Below the pieces are notes generated by a model. That model saw nothing but the letters and a program-made list of their open reading frames with translations. It did not search any database and had not been told where the DNA came from. A program made the translations under genes and the position numbers. Positions 11,492-24,345 of a DNA stretch of 64,000 bases are shown here, piece after piece (positions within the stretch are counted from its first letter, which is position 1; every line of letters starts with the position of its first letter). Source of the stretch: the human T2T-CHM13v2.0 reference genome, Homo sapiens. Location of the stretch: assembly GCF_009914755.1 (NCBI RefSeq), contig NC_060925.1. One strand, given 5' to 3'.

Positions 11492-14019
11492 CTTGGGCAG
11501 TAGGGGAGAATAAAAGTTTCAGAACCACAAGCTCACCTTTGTCTGAAGCCCCTAAGACGAAGAATGGCCTAGGAGAACTCAGTTAAAAATGTGCTTATGG
11601 ATTAATCACCAGGCTACTGAGTTGCATTAGAGATGGTCTCTTTTTTAGTATTTCATGGAAGGCGGAATGGAAGCCTGCTGTAATATTCTGAGCACGTGCC
11701 GTTGTGACATGGCATTGTGAAGTACATCGTAAAAGAGAGGTTCGTTTTACAATGCAAAGAGTATGCCTATTTAATAGAGAGTATTAAGCTACTGTATTAA
11801 TAATGCATGCTATTATGTGCCAGACAACCTAGTAAATAAAATTAACATATTTCTGTACAAAATCTTTACTGAAAGGCATAGTTATCCCAAGCCTGTTTCT
11901 GTGACCACAGTAGTAATTTGGGTCTATTAAAATCACAGGGCAGTGTCCCTAACCTGATCCCCTACAGCTCTGCTGAGGCTTAGCCAATGACGAACATGGA
12001 GCAGTTCTTCTAGCTCTGCTTGCAGAGCCAGGGCACAGCCTCCAGGGCAACCAGAGTTAGGTGCCTTGGGCATGAGGCTTGGTTCTGCCACCAACACCAC
12101 ACTGTGTGACCTTAAGCAGATCCCTTAACCTCTTTGAGCCTTGATTTTTCTCCTCTGTCAAATGGAAGCTTATTCTACCCTAGGAGGACGCCTTAGGGTT
12201 CTGACTCGAATATCCCATCATGTTAGGGGAAGAAAAAGTTGTTTTTAGTGTCTTTAGTATCTTGGTACTGCATTCTAGGTTGCGAGGTAAGGACGGTTCC
12301 ATCTCTGTCACCACAAAGACGGCTTCAGTGGGAGTTCGGTGCTTTTTATGCCACAAGGAGCTCATTCTTGGATGAGGACTCAGAAATAAACAGTGCTGCT
12401 GCTTAAACATTCTTCAAGAAACAGTCAAACCACAGATTCTATCAGTGCCAACTTCAAACCCACACTCACAGAAACCAGTAAGAATTCTGACCAAAAAAAA
12501 AAAAACCTAAACGAAAAAGAGTTAACTTTTGATTCCCTCCCTTGGGGTAACCAAACACCCTGGCCAGTGCAGAACAGGCACTGCCCACCATACAGGCCAG
12601 AAGAGGTGCCCTCTCCACACTGGCCACTGAAACTACTCACTGGCAGCAGTGGGTGCCACTTGGAAAACAAGATGGCCCTCCCTGCAGAGCAGGCCACCCT
12701 GCCGGAGGTGTCCCGATGCGTGTGAAGCAGGGTTGGAGGCACACTACAGGCACTCTCTAGTCCTTCAAACAACACTGTAGTGTAGATCTTGTTGGTTCTT
12801 TCAGAGAAGGGGAAACGGAAACTCACAGAAGCAACTAGAGGAGTGAGTAGAAGCCCAGGTATGCTCTAGACAGGCCTAGGTCTGAATTCCGGCTGAACTA
12901 CTCACCAGCCGAGTCACCCTAAACCAATCCCTGTGCATCTTTGAGCTTCAGGGTCCTCAGCTGTACAACAAGAGTCTCTGAGGGCTATCTCGAGAAATGC
13001 TGGTGAGGGCTTAGTTCAGAGCTGACAAACTGTGATTATTCAGGGAAAACCAGGACTTGAGTATCTAAAGAGATGGAATTTAACGAGGTGATGGCAAAGT
13101 GGAGAAGCCAGCAGGAACACCCCAAGATTAGTGAGAGCAGGAAGCCACTACCGCTCCTGGGCTGGTGGGATGAAGGGGTCTCGTTGCTGGGGTCCCTAGT
13201 GGAAGGTGGAACCATGGAGGTCTATCCCGCGGGAACTGGAGCCCGGGGAAACTCAGACCCCGCTGGAGATGTCCCCAGGGCAGGAACAGTGAGGGAGAAG
13301 TAGCCTGGTTCTCCACCTGCCCACCCTCCAGGCTCCCTCTGGACAAAGCCAGTGGGGAGCCAGGTGACAAGGGGGTCTGGGAAACAGGGTCTGCGGTGGA
13401 CAGCCTGTCTAGATCTGGTGCAGTGCAGGGAAGGTCCAGGGCAGATCTGAGGCTGGCAGGCCCAGGTGTGCTCAGTAAATGGTGGCTGTCAGGTGGCTGC
13501 TGTGAGCATCCCACAGGTGGACACTGGCAGAGACAGGCTTTGAGCTCTGACTCTGAGGCCCAGGAGCTTTCTGCTGCTCTGCCTCAGGGTCTCTCCTGGG
13601 CTGGCAAATGCAGTCACACAACCCCTTGCATTTCCACAAACAGGGGCTCTTTTCAAGTTTGCTACCACCAGGGTGCTCTGGGAGCATCTCCAGGAAATAA
13701 AGCAGAAGGAAGCAAAGGGAAGGACAGCTGATGAGGAACAGGGAGAGAGAAAAAGGCACTGGCCACGTTGTTGAACTGGTCCTGGGAGATCCAGGGATGT
13801 GGCCGTAAGGGCTCTTCTCTCCTTGGAGGCCCTCCTCCGTGCTGCTTCTCCTCTACTCAATTCCTGGTTCTTCCCACAAGGAAGGGGTCTCCAGTGGCCC
13901 CGGGACTGCCTGGGGGCCCCCTTCCCTGCACTGCTGGAGCATTCCCCAGCGCTGTTGTACGCTCAGGAGGCCGGCATCTTCTCTGGGACAGGAGCCCCTT
14001 TCTGTGGTCAAGGGTATGG

Positions 14020-14516
14020 CAAGTGTCCATTGACAGATGAATGGATAAAGAAAATATAGGCAATATACACCACAGAATATTATTCAGCCTTAAAAAGGAA
14101 GGAAATCCTGCCATTTAGGACACAATGGAGAAACGTGGAGGACGTTCTGCTAAGTGAAATAAACCAGGCACAGAAAGACAAGATACTGCATGATTTCACT
14201 TATATGTGAAATCTAAAGAAGTTGAATACATAAAACCAGGGAGCAGAACAGTGGTTACCAGGGTTGGGGAGGTAGAGGGAATCAGAAGATGTAGGTCAAA
14301 GGGTAAAAGGGTGCAGTTCCATAGGACGAAGCCCAGAGCTCTGATGTATAGTATCCAGACTCCAGTTAATAATACTGTATTATACACTGGAAATTCACTA
14401 AGAGAGTAGATTTCAGGAAATGGATTATGTTAACTTACTTGACTGTAATAGTCATTTCACTGTGTAGATGTATCTCAAAACATCATGTTGTACACCTTAA
14501 ATATCTAACATTTTTA
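14020..14516 (+). mobile_element. Old L1 (L1MA/L1MB-type) 3' end fragment
   Basis: aagtgtccattgacagatgaatggataaagaaaat...ggaaatcctgccattt...tgtacaccttaaat, typical of the L1 ORF2 end and 3'UTR. Confidence 0.85.
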
Positions 14517-14829
14517 TGAAAGAGAAAAAGAGGTACACAGAGCAGGAAGGCACTTCTCCTCAAAGGCTCTCTAAACAAGCCCCTGAGGGCCACTGTAGGA
14601 TTAGAAAATTACCAAAACTCTTTTCAAAGCACAGAAAATGTCATGAAAGAGCCCACATAAATGTATGCAAGTTTGTTATCAGCAGCATTTTTTTCTCACT
14701 GGGCCTGAAAGATGAACGACTGTTCAAATCATTGCATTCACCCCGAGGCAAATGGTCCCATGGTGTGCTCAAGAATTTCTGTACCATACAGATCAACCAT
14801 TTAATCAATCATTTAATGAGCAAAGGCAG

Positions 14830-15085
14830 GCAGCACGGAGTGGCATATAGGGCCGTGGGCTGTGGAGTTACCCAAATTTGTGTTCAAACCTCAGCTCTAC
14901 CACTGATGAGCTTCAGGGTGTTAGGCAGCTTGTTTGACTTCTCAGGGTCTTAGCTTTCCCATCTGTCTAATGAGTGAAACAATTCCCAACTCCTCCAGTT
15001 GTTGAGAGGATTTGAAGATGTATGAAAACTGCATAACACAAAGGTCAGGGACACAGTAGGCACTTAATAAATAATAGCTATTAGT
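14830..15085 (+). mobile_element. MIR SINE (near full length)
   Basis: gttcaaacctcagctctaccact...tttcccatctgt..aatg...cacagtaggcacttaataaat. Similar MIR fragments lie at about 12080, 12870, 24700, 32150, 32500, 38400, 39000, 43500 and 44000. Confidence 0.75.
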
Positions 15086-17033
15086 ATCACTGGTGTCCAA
15101 ACTTGCTGGGGTTCCCATGCTGCCCTTCCCGTACTGGGGCACTACCAGGCTCCTTATGCAATTAGGATACCTGGGATTGCACCAGGGAAGCCCCAAACAT
15201 TCAGAGAATGTGAACACATCTCATCACCACATTTTCTCAGAGGCCAGATAAAAACCATCCATTGTAGAGGCCTTAACTCTGAGACTGTCATAATCGGCTG
15301 GTAATGGAGATGCATTTTCCCCTTAAGTAGAAACAATTATCTTCACACCTTGTAGTGTTTGTAATGATTGCACCTGGCAGACCATTAGCTTTGCTGTAAA
15401 GGAAACCCCATGTGGTGTGGTGAGGGTAGGGGGTGGGAGCGTTTCTTTTAACTTGGAAGGAAACAACAACAAAAGTATTATTAATTATAAACTTAGGGAG
15501 GCTTATTTAAAAATCCCAATATAAAAATACCCATGGCTTAGGGGACTTCCACCTCTCACCCAACACTGCCTCTCACTATGAGGCTCGACTGAGTACTGCT
15601 ACTGTCTCCTCTCTACACCTTCCCTAACAGACAGACAGTTCCACACAGACAGACAGACAGACGGATGGACACACTCCCACACCCAGAGGCCTCAGACACA
15701 TGGCAAACAGCCCCATGAACAACGGCCACATGGTTGGCGTTTGAAATAACCTGTGTGTTCCTAGAAATTCCGGTGAGTAAAAGTGGACCGGGCTATGGCA
15801 CTTTTTTCTGTTCTTATCTTAGAACTCCTTTAGGCTCAGCCTGTGACTCATATCCCGTCAGTTGCTAGTTCTAAGGGAAACACACCCAGGGAAAACCTGT
15901 GGGTGGCATGAACAAAGATCCTTCTGCAACTCCATTTTTCTTAATGTTTCTTACTTTAGACATTATTAGCAACAGGGCTTTTGTGAGGCTTGGGAGTCTG
16001 GACATTCAGTGGTTATAGGCAGAATCCAAGAAAGGCTCTGCTGACACTCAGCCAGAAACGGATGATTCCTGTCCCCGAGGTGTGAAGTCTCTGTTCCTTG
16101 TTTCATGACAGAGGGTTACGGCTCTTTTCAGACTAGCTGGAAAATTCCTACCTACCCAAAAGGCAGCAGAGTCCAGTTTTTACCATACTTAGTCTCTTGT
16201 GGAACTTCCCAGAGGTGGGCTACATGTGGGGAGGCGGGACCAAAGGATAGGGTGCTGAGGCATGGGACCTGAAGTCTTCCCTGTGTTGGCCAAGAATGGC
16301 CTGAGCTGGGCTGGATGGGGCTGCTATAAGACTGCAATTTCCCCAAATAAGCCTTCCCTCATTTTCCAGCCTCCTTTCAATTTAGTGTCTTTTCCTCACC
16401 CTCCCTCTGGCTATTTCCTCCTATGCAGATTTAATTCCAACACAAACACCAGCCTCTTTGGGAAGCCTTCCCTGAGTGCACAGGCAGTGATCTTGGAGTT
16501 CCTGGGCACTTTGTGCATTTTACATGCCTAATACTTGTACAGATTCATAAACTCTTTGAGAGCAGGGGCCGTGTCTCTAGAGTTTTTCTAACTCCTGTAG
16601 CATCCAGCATGATTCTTGATAAACATTTGCTATTTGAGTGAATGGAAATGTCAAAGTTTTCACAATAAACCAGAGGTGGTTCCCTGTCCACTTCTCTCCT
16701 GTTGGCAATGAGCTGCAATATTCATGCTGTGTCTGGTCTCATTTTTCAGTGGGGGAAAAAAGGTGAGACATGATAATAGTTTTATCATAGCCTCATGGCT
16801 TCACCCGACGGACACCACACACCAGGATTTGTGTCCATTTTAGGGATGTCTTAGTGACGTGAAATAGAGCTTTGCCAGTCCCACCTCTGAGATACACACT
16901 AAAATAAAGAGGCCAACGTTTCTAACACCTTCAAAACAATGCCAGTTGGTTCTTCCCTTGATGCACTAACAGGTGTGCAGATCATGGTGAAATACAGTAT
17001 AGGATAAAAATGGAATGTTTAATTCAAACGTCC

Positions 17034-17039
17034 TTTATT
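17034..17039 (-). terminator. Poly(A) signal AATAAA of the SUSD4b terminal exon
   Basis: tttatt on the plus strand, 15 nt downstream of the TAA at 17055-17057. Confidence 0.8.
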
Positions 17040-17054
17040 GCAGGAGAACAACAT

Positions 17055-17203
17055 TTAGAACAGAGATGTGGTGGTGCTAGTTGAGGAACAGGTAGGTGCT
17101 GGGGTGGGAGAGGACTTTAACACAGGGCAAAAATAAAGCACAGCAGCTGCCAACCTGATGTGTGGGAAATAAAGGACAGGGAAAAGATGTTCAGGTCTTC
17201 CTC
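17055..17203 (-). CDS. SUSD4: Alternative terminal exon of the short isoform SUSD4b (49-aa unique tail)
   Basis: Acceptor cttctttttttcag|GA. In phase 1 after sushi 3 it reads GGRPEHLFPVLYFPHIRLAAAVLYFCPVLKSSPTPAPTCSSTSTTTSLF*, which matches the isoform-b C-terminus as I recall it. AATAAA follows the stop. Not in the supplied ORF track. Confidence 0.9.
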
Positions 17204-17289
17204 CTGAAAAAAAGAAGTGTAAATATGAAAACATAAGAAGACTATTTCTCTTGATTGAAAAAAAAAACCTAAAGCCCTTTTCTTTCTAA

Positions 17290-20200
17290 AAAAAATAAAG
17301 ACTTTATTTTTAAGAGCAGTTTTAGGTTCACAGCAATATTGAGCAGAAGGTACAGGAAGTTCCCGTATACTCCCTGCTCCCACGCATGCACAGCCTCCCC
17401 CATTATTCACATCCCCACCAGAGTGGTGCATTTGTTACTGCTGATGAACCTACATTGATACATCATTATCACTCAGAGTCGAGTTTACATTAGGGTTCAC
17501 TCTTGGTGTTGTACATTCTATGGGTTTGGATAAATGTGTAGTGACATGTATCCACCATTCAAGTTATCATGCAGGGTAGTTTCATTGCCCCCCCAAATCC
17601 TCTGTGCTCTGCCTGTTCATTGCCCCACCCACCCCCAAACCCCCAACAATCACTGATCGTTTTGCTGTCGTCATAGTTTTGCCTTTTCCAAAATGTCATA
17701 TAGTTGGAATAGGACAGTATATAGCCCTTTGAGATTGGTATCTTTCATTTAGTAATATGCATTTGAAGTTTCTTCATATCTTTTCATGGTTTGAAGGTTA
17801 ATTTATTTTTAGTGTTAAATAATATTCCATTGTCTGGATGTACCATAGTTTATTTATCCATTCACCTACTGAAGGACATCTTGGTTGCTTCTAAGTTTTG
17901 GCAATTATGAATAAATCTGCTATAACATTTGTGTGCAGGTTTTGGTGTGGACATAAGTTTTCAGTTTCTTTGGGTAAATACCAAGGAGAAGGATTGCTGG
18001 ATCATGTAAGAATACATTTAGTTTTGTAAGAAGCCATCAAACTGTCTTCCAAAGTGGTTATATCCCTTTGCATTCCTGCCAGCAACAAATGAGAGTTCCT
18101 GTTGCTCCACATCCTCTTCAGCATTTCGGTTTGTAAGTGTTCCAGATTTTGGTCATTTTAATAGGTAAGTAGTGATCTCTCTTGTTTTAATTTGCATTTC
18201 CTGATGACATATGACTTGAAGCATCTTTTCATATGCTTGTTTGCCATCTGTATATCTTTGATGGTGTTAAGGTCTTTGGAACATTTTAAAATCAGGTTGT
18301 TTGTGTTCTTGTTGTAGACTTTTAATAGTTCTTTGAATATTTTGGATAACAGTCCTTTATCAGATGTGCCTTTTGCAAATATTTTCTACAAGTGTGTGGC
18401 TTGTCTTCTCATTCTGTTAACATTGTCTTTTGCAGAACAGAAGTTGTTAATTTTAATGAAGTCCAACTTATCAATTATTTCCTTCATGCATCATGCCACT
18501 GGTGTATCTAAAAAGACATCGCCATACACAGGTCATCTGGATTTTCTTCCATGTTATACTCTAAGAGTTTCACAGTTTTGCATTTTACATTTAGGTATAC
18601 GATCTATTTTGAGTTAATTTTATGGAAGAGTGTAAGGTCTGTGTCTAGCTTTTTTTTTTTTTGTTTTTGTATGTGGATGCCCAATAGTTCCAGCATTATT
18701 TGTTGAAAAGTCTGTCTTTGTTCCATTATATTGCCTTTGATCCTGTGCCAAATATCAGTTGACTATATTTACGTAAGTCTATTTCTAGGCTCTCTATTGT
18801 GTTCCATTGATCTATTTGTCAATTATTTCACTAATACCATGCTGTCTTGATTACTGTAGCATTATGATAAGTCTTGAGGTCAGGCAATGTCAGTCCTCCC
18901 ACTTTGTTCTCCTTCAATATTGTGTTGGCTATTCTCAGTTTTTTGCTTCCCCATATAAACTTTAGAATTAGTTTAATAATATCAAAAAATAACTTGCTGG
19001 AATTTTGATTAAGACTACATTGAATCTATAGAGCAAGTTGGGAAGAACGAACATCTGGACAATATTGAGTCTTCCTATCCATGAATATGGACTATCTCTC
19101 CATTTATTTAGTTCTTTGATTTCTTTCATAAGAGTTTTGTAGATTTCCTCATATAGATCTTGTACATATTTTGTTAGATTTGTGTCTAAGCATTCCATTT
19201 TAGGGGCAGCTAATGTAAATCGTATTGTGTTTTTAACTTCAAATTCCACTTGTTCATTGCTAGTATATAGGAATGTGATTGATCTTTGTATACTAACCTT
19301 GTATCCTGCAACCTTGCTATAATTGCTTATTAGTTCTAGGAGGGTTTTTTGGTCAATTATTTTGGATTTCTTACATAGATGATCATGTCCCCTGTGAAAA
19401 AGATAGTTTTATTTCTTTCTTTCCAATCTATATATCTTTTATTTCCTTTTCTTGCCTTATTGCATTAACTAGAACTTCCAGTATGATGCTGAAACGGAGT
19501 GATGAGAAAGAACATCCTTGCCTTGTCCCTGATCTTACGGGAAAACTTCTAGTTTCTCTTCATTAAGCGTGATGTTAGCTATAGCTTTTTTGTAGATATT
19601 CTTTATACGGTTGAGGATGTTGCCCTTTATTTCTAGTTTACTGGGAGTTTTTTTTTAAATCATAAATTGGTGTGGGATTTTGTCAAATGCCTTTTCTGCA
19701 TATATTGAAATGATTTTTCTTTTTTAGTCAGTTGTTGTGATGAATTGCATTAATTGATTTTTAAATGCTGAACCAGCCTGGCATATCTGGGATAAATTCC
19801 ACTTGGTCATGGTGTATAATTTTTTAACACTTTATTGGATTGGATTTGCTAGTATTCTGTTGAGGATTTTTGCATCTATGTTCATGAAAGATATTGATCT
19901 GCGATTTTCTTTTCTTGCAATGTCTTTGTCTGGTTTTGGTATTAGAGTAATGCTGGCCTCACAAAATGAGTCAGGAAGTATTCCTTCTGCTTCTATCCTC
20001 CAAAAGAGATTATAGATAATTGGTATAATGTCTTCCTTATATGTTTGGTAGAATTCACCAGCAAATACATCTGGGCCTAGTGCTTTCTGTTTGGAAAAGT
20101 TATTAATTATTGATTCAAATTTTAAAATAGATATAGGCCTATTCAGATGGTCTATTTCTTCTTGTGTGAGTTTTGGCAGATTGTGTCTTTCAAGGACTTG

Positions 20201-23200
20201 CTCCATTTCATCTAGGTTATCAAATATGTGAGCATACAGTTGTTCAGAGCATTCCTTTATTATCCTCCTAATGTCCATGGGATCTGTAGTGATGTCCACT
20301 CTTTCATTTCTGATATTAGCAATTTATGTTCTTTCTCTTTTTGCTTAGTTAGCCTGGTTAGAGGTTTATTGATTTTATTAATCTTTTCAAATAATCAGCT
20401 TTTGACTTTGTTGATTGTCTCTATTGAGTTCCTATTTTCAACTTCATTGATTCCTGCTCTAATTCTTATTTCTTTTCTTCTGCTTACTTTGTATCTAATT
20501 TGCTCTTCTTTTACTAGTTTCCTAAGGTGAAAAGTTAGATTATTGATTTTAGATCTTTCTTCTTTTCTAACAGATGCACTCAATGCTAGAAATTTTCATC
20601 TAGGCACTGCTTTCACTGCACCCCACAAATGTTGACAAGTTGTGTTTTCATTTCATTTAGTTAAAAATATTTTTAAAATTTTTCCAGAGATTTCTTCTTT
20701 GACTCATGTTATTTAGAAGTACATTGTCTGCATTTTGAGATTTTCCTATTATCTTTCTGGTGTTGATTTCTGTTTAATTATACTGTGATCTACAAGCAGA
20801 CACTGTATTATTTCCATTCTTTTAAATTTGTTAAGGTGTGTTTTATGCTCAGAATGTGGAGTGGACTATTTTGGTGAGTGTTCCATATGGACTTAGAAGA
20901 ATGTGTTTTCTGCTGTTGTTAAATGAAGTAGTCTATGTATGTCAATTATTGTTTGATGATTGATGGTGTTGAAATCAGTTATGTCCTCACTGATTTTCTG
21001 CCTGCTGGATATGTCCATTTCCAATAAAGGTGTGTTAATCTCTATCTATAATAGTGGATTTATCTATTTCTCCCTGCAGTTCTATCAGGTTTTGCCTCAT
21101 GTAGTTTGATGTTCTGTTAAATGCATACACATTAAGGACTGTTAGGTATTCTTGGGGAATTGACCCCTTTGTTTCTATGTAATGCTCTTCTTTATCATTG
21201 ATAACTTTCCTTGCTATAAAGTCTGTTCTGTCTGGAATAAATACACAGTTGTTACTCTTCCTTTCTTTTCATTACTGTTAGCAGGGTACATTTTTTTCCA
21301 TATACTTTCTTTTATTTATATTAATTTGTCTTCACATTTCAAATGGGTTTCTTGTAAAAAACAGATAGTTGAATCATTTTTAAAAATCTACTCTGACCAT
21401 CTCTGTCTTTTAATCGGTGCATTTAGACCACTGACATTCAAAGTGGTTATTGATATAGTTGAGTTATCTACCATATGTGTTATCGTTTTTTGTTTGGTGC
21501 CTTTGTTCTTTGTTGCTATTGTTATCTTCCACTTTTTCATCCACTTCCAGCATTTCTTTTTGGTTTTAATTGAGCATTTTATCTGATTACATTTTCTCTC
21601 CTGTCTTAGCATATCAGCTATATTTCTTTTTTAACTTATTTTAGTGGTTGCCTTAGAGTTTGCAATTAACATTTACAATGAATCCAAGTCCACTTTCAAA
21701 TATCACAATGCCACTTCACAGGTAGTATGAGTACCTTATAATTACAAAATGATACTAATTTTTCCTCTTTTTCATCCCTTGTACCATTGCTGTCATTCAT
21801 CTCACTTATATATAAGCGTCTGTGTGTGTGTGTGTGTGTAATATACCTAAGTATATGTGATCAAGTACATTACTATTGTTTTGATATTATTATTTTGAAT
21901 AAACTGTTATCCACTAGATCAATCAAGAATAAGAAAAATAAAAGTTTTAATTTTACCTTCACTCATTCCTTCTTCAGTGTTCTTCCTTTCTTTATGTAGA
22001 CCCAACTTTCTGACCTATATTACTTTCTTTATCTCTAAAGAACTTCTTTTAACATTTCTTGCAAGGCCTACTGGCAACAAACTTTCCACATTTTTGTTTG
22101 CCCAAGAAAATCTTCCTTTCTCCTTCGCTTCTGAACGTTAATTTTTGTGGGGTACAGAATTCTAGGTTGGTTGGGTTTTTTTCTCTCAACACTTTAAATG
22201 TTTCATTCCTCTCTTTTCTTGCTTGCATGGTTTCTGAGAAGAAGTCAGATATAATTCTTATCTTTGTTCCTCTGTAAGTAAGGTGTTTTTCCTTGGCTTC
22301 TTTCAGAATTTTTTTATTTTTGATTTTTCTGTAATTTGAAAATGATATTTCTGGTTGCAGTTGTTTTAGTTTTTTTGTTTTCTGTTTGTTTTGCATGTAT
22401 CCTGTCTGGTTTTCCGAGCTTCCTGGATCTGTGGTTTGGTGTCTGACATCAATTTGAGGAAATTCTCAGTCATTATTTTTTCACCTATTTCTTTCTTTTC
22501 TTTCTCTCTTTCTGGTATCTCCATTACACATATGTTTCACCTTTTGTAGTTGTCCCACAGTCCTCGGATATTCTGGGTTTTTTTTTCAGTCTTTGTTCTG
22601 TTTGCTTTTCAGTTTGGGAGGATTCTACTAACATTTCCTCAAGCTCAGAGATTCTTTACTCAGCCATGTCCAGTCTACTAATAAGCCCATCAAAGGCATT
22701 CTTTGTTTCCATCACAGTGTTTTTGATATCTAGCATTTCTTTTTGGCTCTTTCTTAGGATTTCCATCTTTCTGCTTACATTGCCCATTTTTTTGTGCATG
22801 CTGAATATTTCCTCCATTAGAGCCCTTAGCATATTAATCATAGTTGTTTTAAATCCACCGTTTGTGAACCCCAACATTCCTGTCATGTCTGCTTCTGATG
22901 CTTTCTCTGTATCTTCAAATTTGTGTTTTTTGCCTTTTAATATCTCTTGTAGTTTCTTCTTGATAACTGGACAAGGTGTACCAGGTAAAGGGAACTGCTG
23001 TAAGGAGGCTTTTGGTAATGTTGTGGTGCCACGCAGGGGAAGGAGAAGCACTCTGTAGCCCTAAGAGTGGGTCTCAGTCTTTTAGTGAGCCTGAGCCTCT
23101 GCACTGTGAGCTTCACAAGTGCTTCTCAGCTTTGTTTTGTTTCCCTTCACTCTCTTAGGTGGTACAGGATGGCTAGAGGGGGCAGGAGTTGGGTGCTTCC

Positions 23201-23770
23201 CTTCCTCCGAGTCAGTTGGGCTCTGATAATACCCCAGCAGTTTTGGCTGTGGTTAGCAAGTTTCCCTGGGGGACAGACCATGTTAAGGACGGACTGCTCC
23301 AGCATAATTCAAAATGGCTCATTCTCCTCCCCCTGCCAGAAGCACAAGGGGATTTTTATGTGAGAAAAATGTTTCCTGTGAGAACCTGGTAGAGCTTCTG
23401 GAGGCAAAACTCACAAAAGTATGGAGGCCCCCCATGACTGGGTGCCCCTAGAGCTTTTACCTCTACAGTTGGCCACACTGAGGCTGCAGCAATTCATCAA
23501 TTACAGTCAGGTTCTCTTACACCTTCCCCAACCCCTGTCTTGTTTCCCTTGGTGGTTTCCACCTGTGTATCTCCACTCAGGTAAGCCGTGACTCTCTTTA
23601 CTTTTCTGTCTCTCTATATTGAGAGCAGCAGTTTGCCCTGTGACCTTACTTCTCTTATGGATCCCTGAAGAGTTCTTGATTTTTCAGTCTGTTCAGTTTT
23701 TTACTCATTGTTAGGACAGATTGGTGACTTCCGAACTCCTTACACGCAGAACCAGAAACTGAAAGTCCCC
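17290..23770 (-). mobile_element. Near full-length decayed L1M (L1MC1-like 3' end), same orientation as SUSD4
   Basis: Minus-strand ORF1 remnants (22049-23051), endonuclease start SITTLNVSGLNAPIKRQRWSE (21388-21612), ORF2 remnants (19832-20299, 18968-19249), and an L1MC-type 3'UTR ending in AATAAA at 17303-17308. Confidence 0.9.
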
Positions 23771-24041
23771 CCAAAGGCTTTTCAAGGGGTTACTGAAGTT
23801 TTTAGACCAGCGATGGTTGTGGACAAGCAGTCCTCTCCGGACGGGGCCTCAGCCAATCTCTGACTTAGGAGCTAAGTGCTTGCCTGGCTGCTCTGTGTCT
23901 GAGCAGCAATCGAGAAGTGACTGCCATCCACTATCAAAGAAAGGAGTGCCTTTCAGAGTCCTGGAAATTTGTTCCTTAGTCTTCTTGGGGAAGACAATCC
24001 TACCACCTCCCCTTTACGGTGGCCTGGGAAGCTAGTAATAA

Positions 24042-24345
<304 letters not shown>

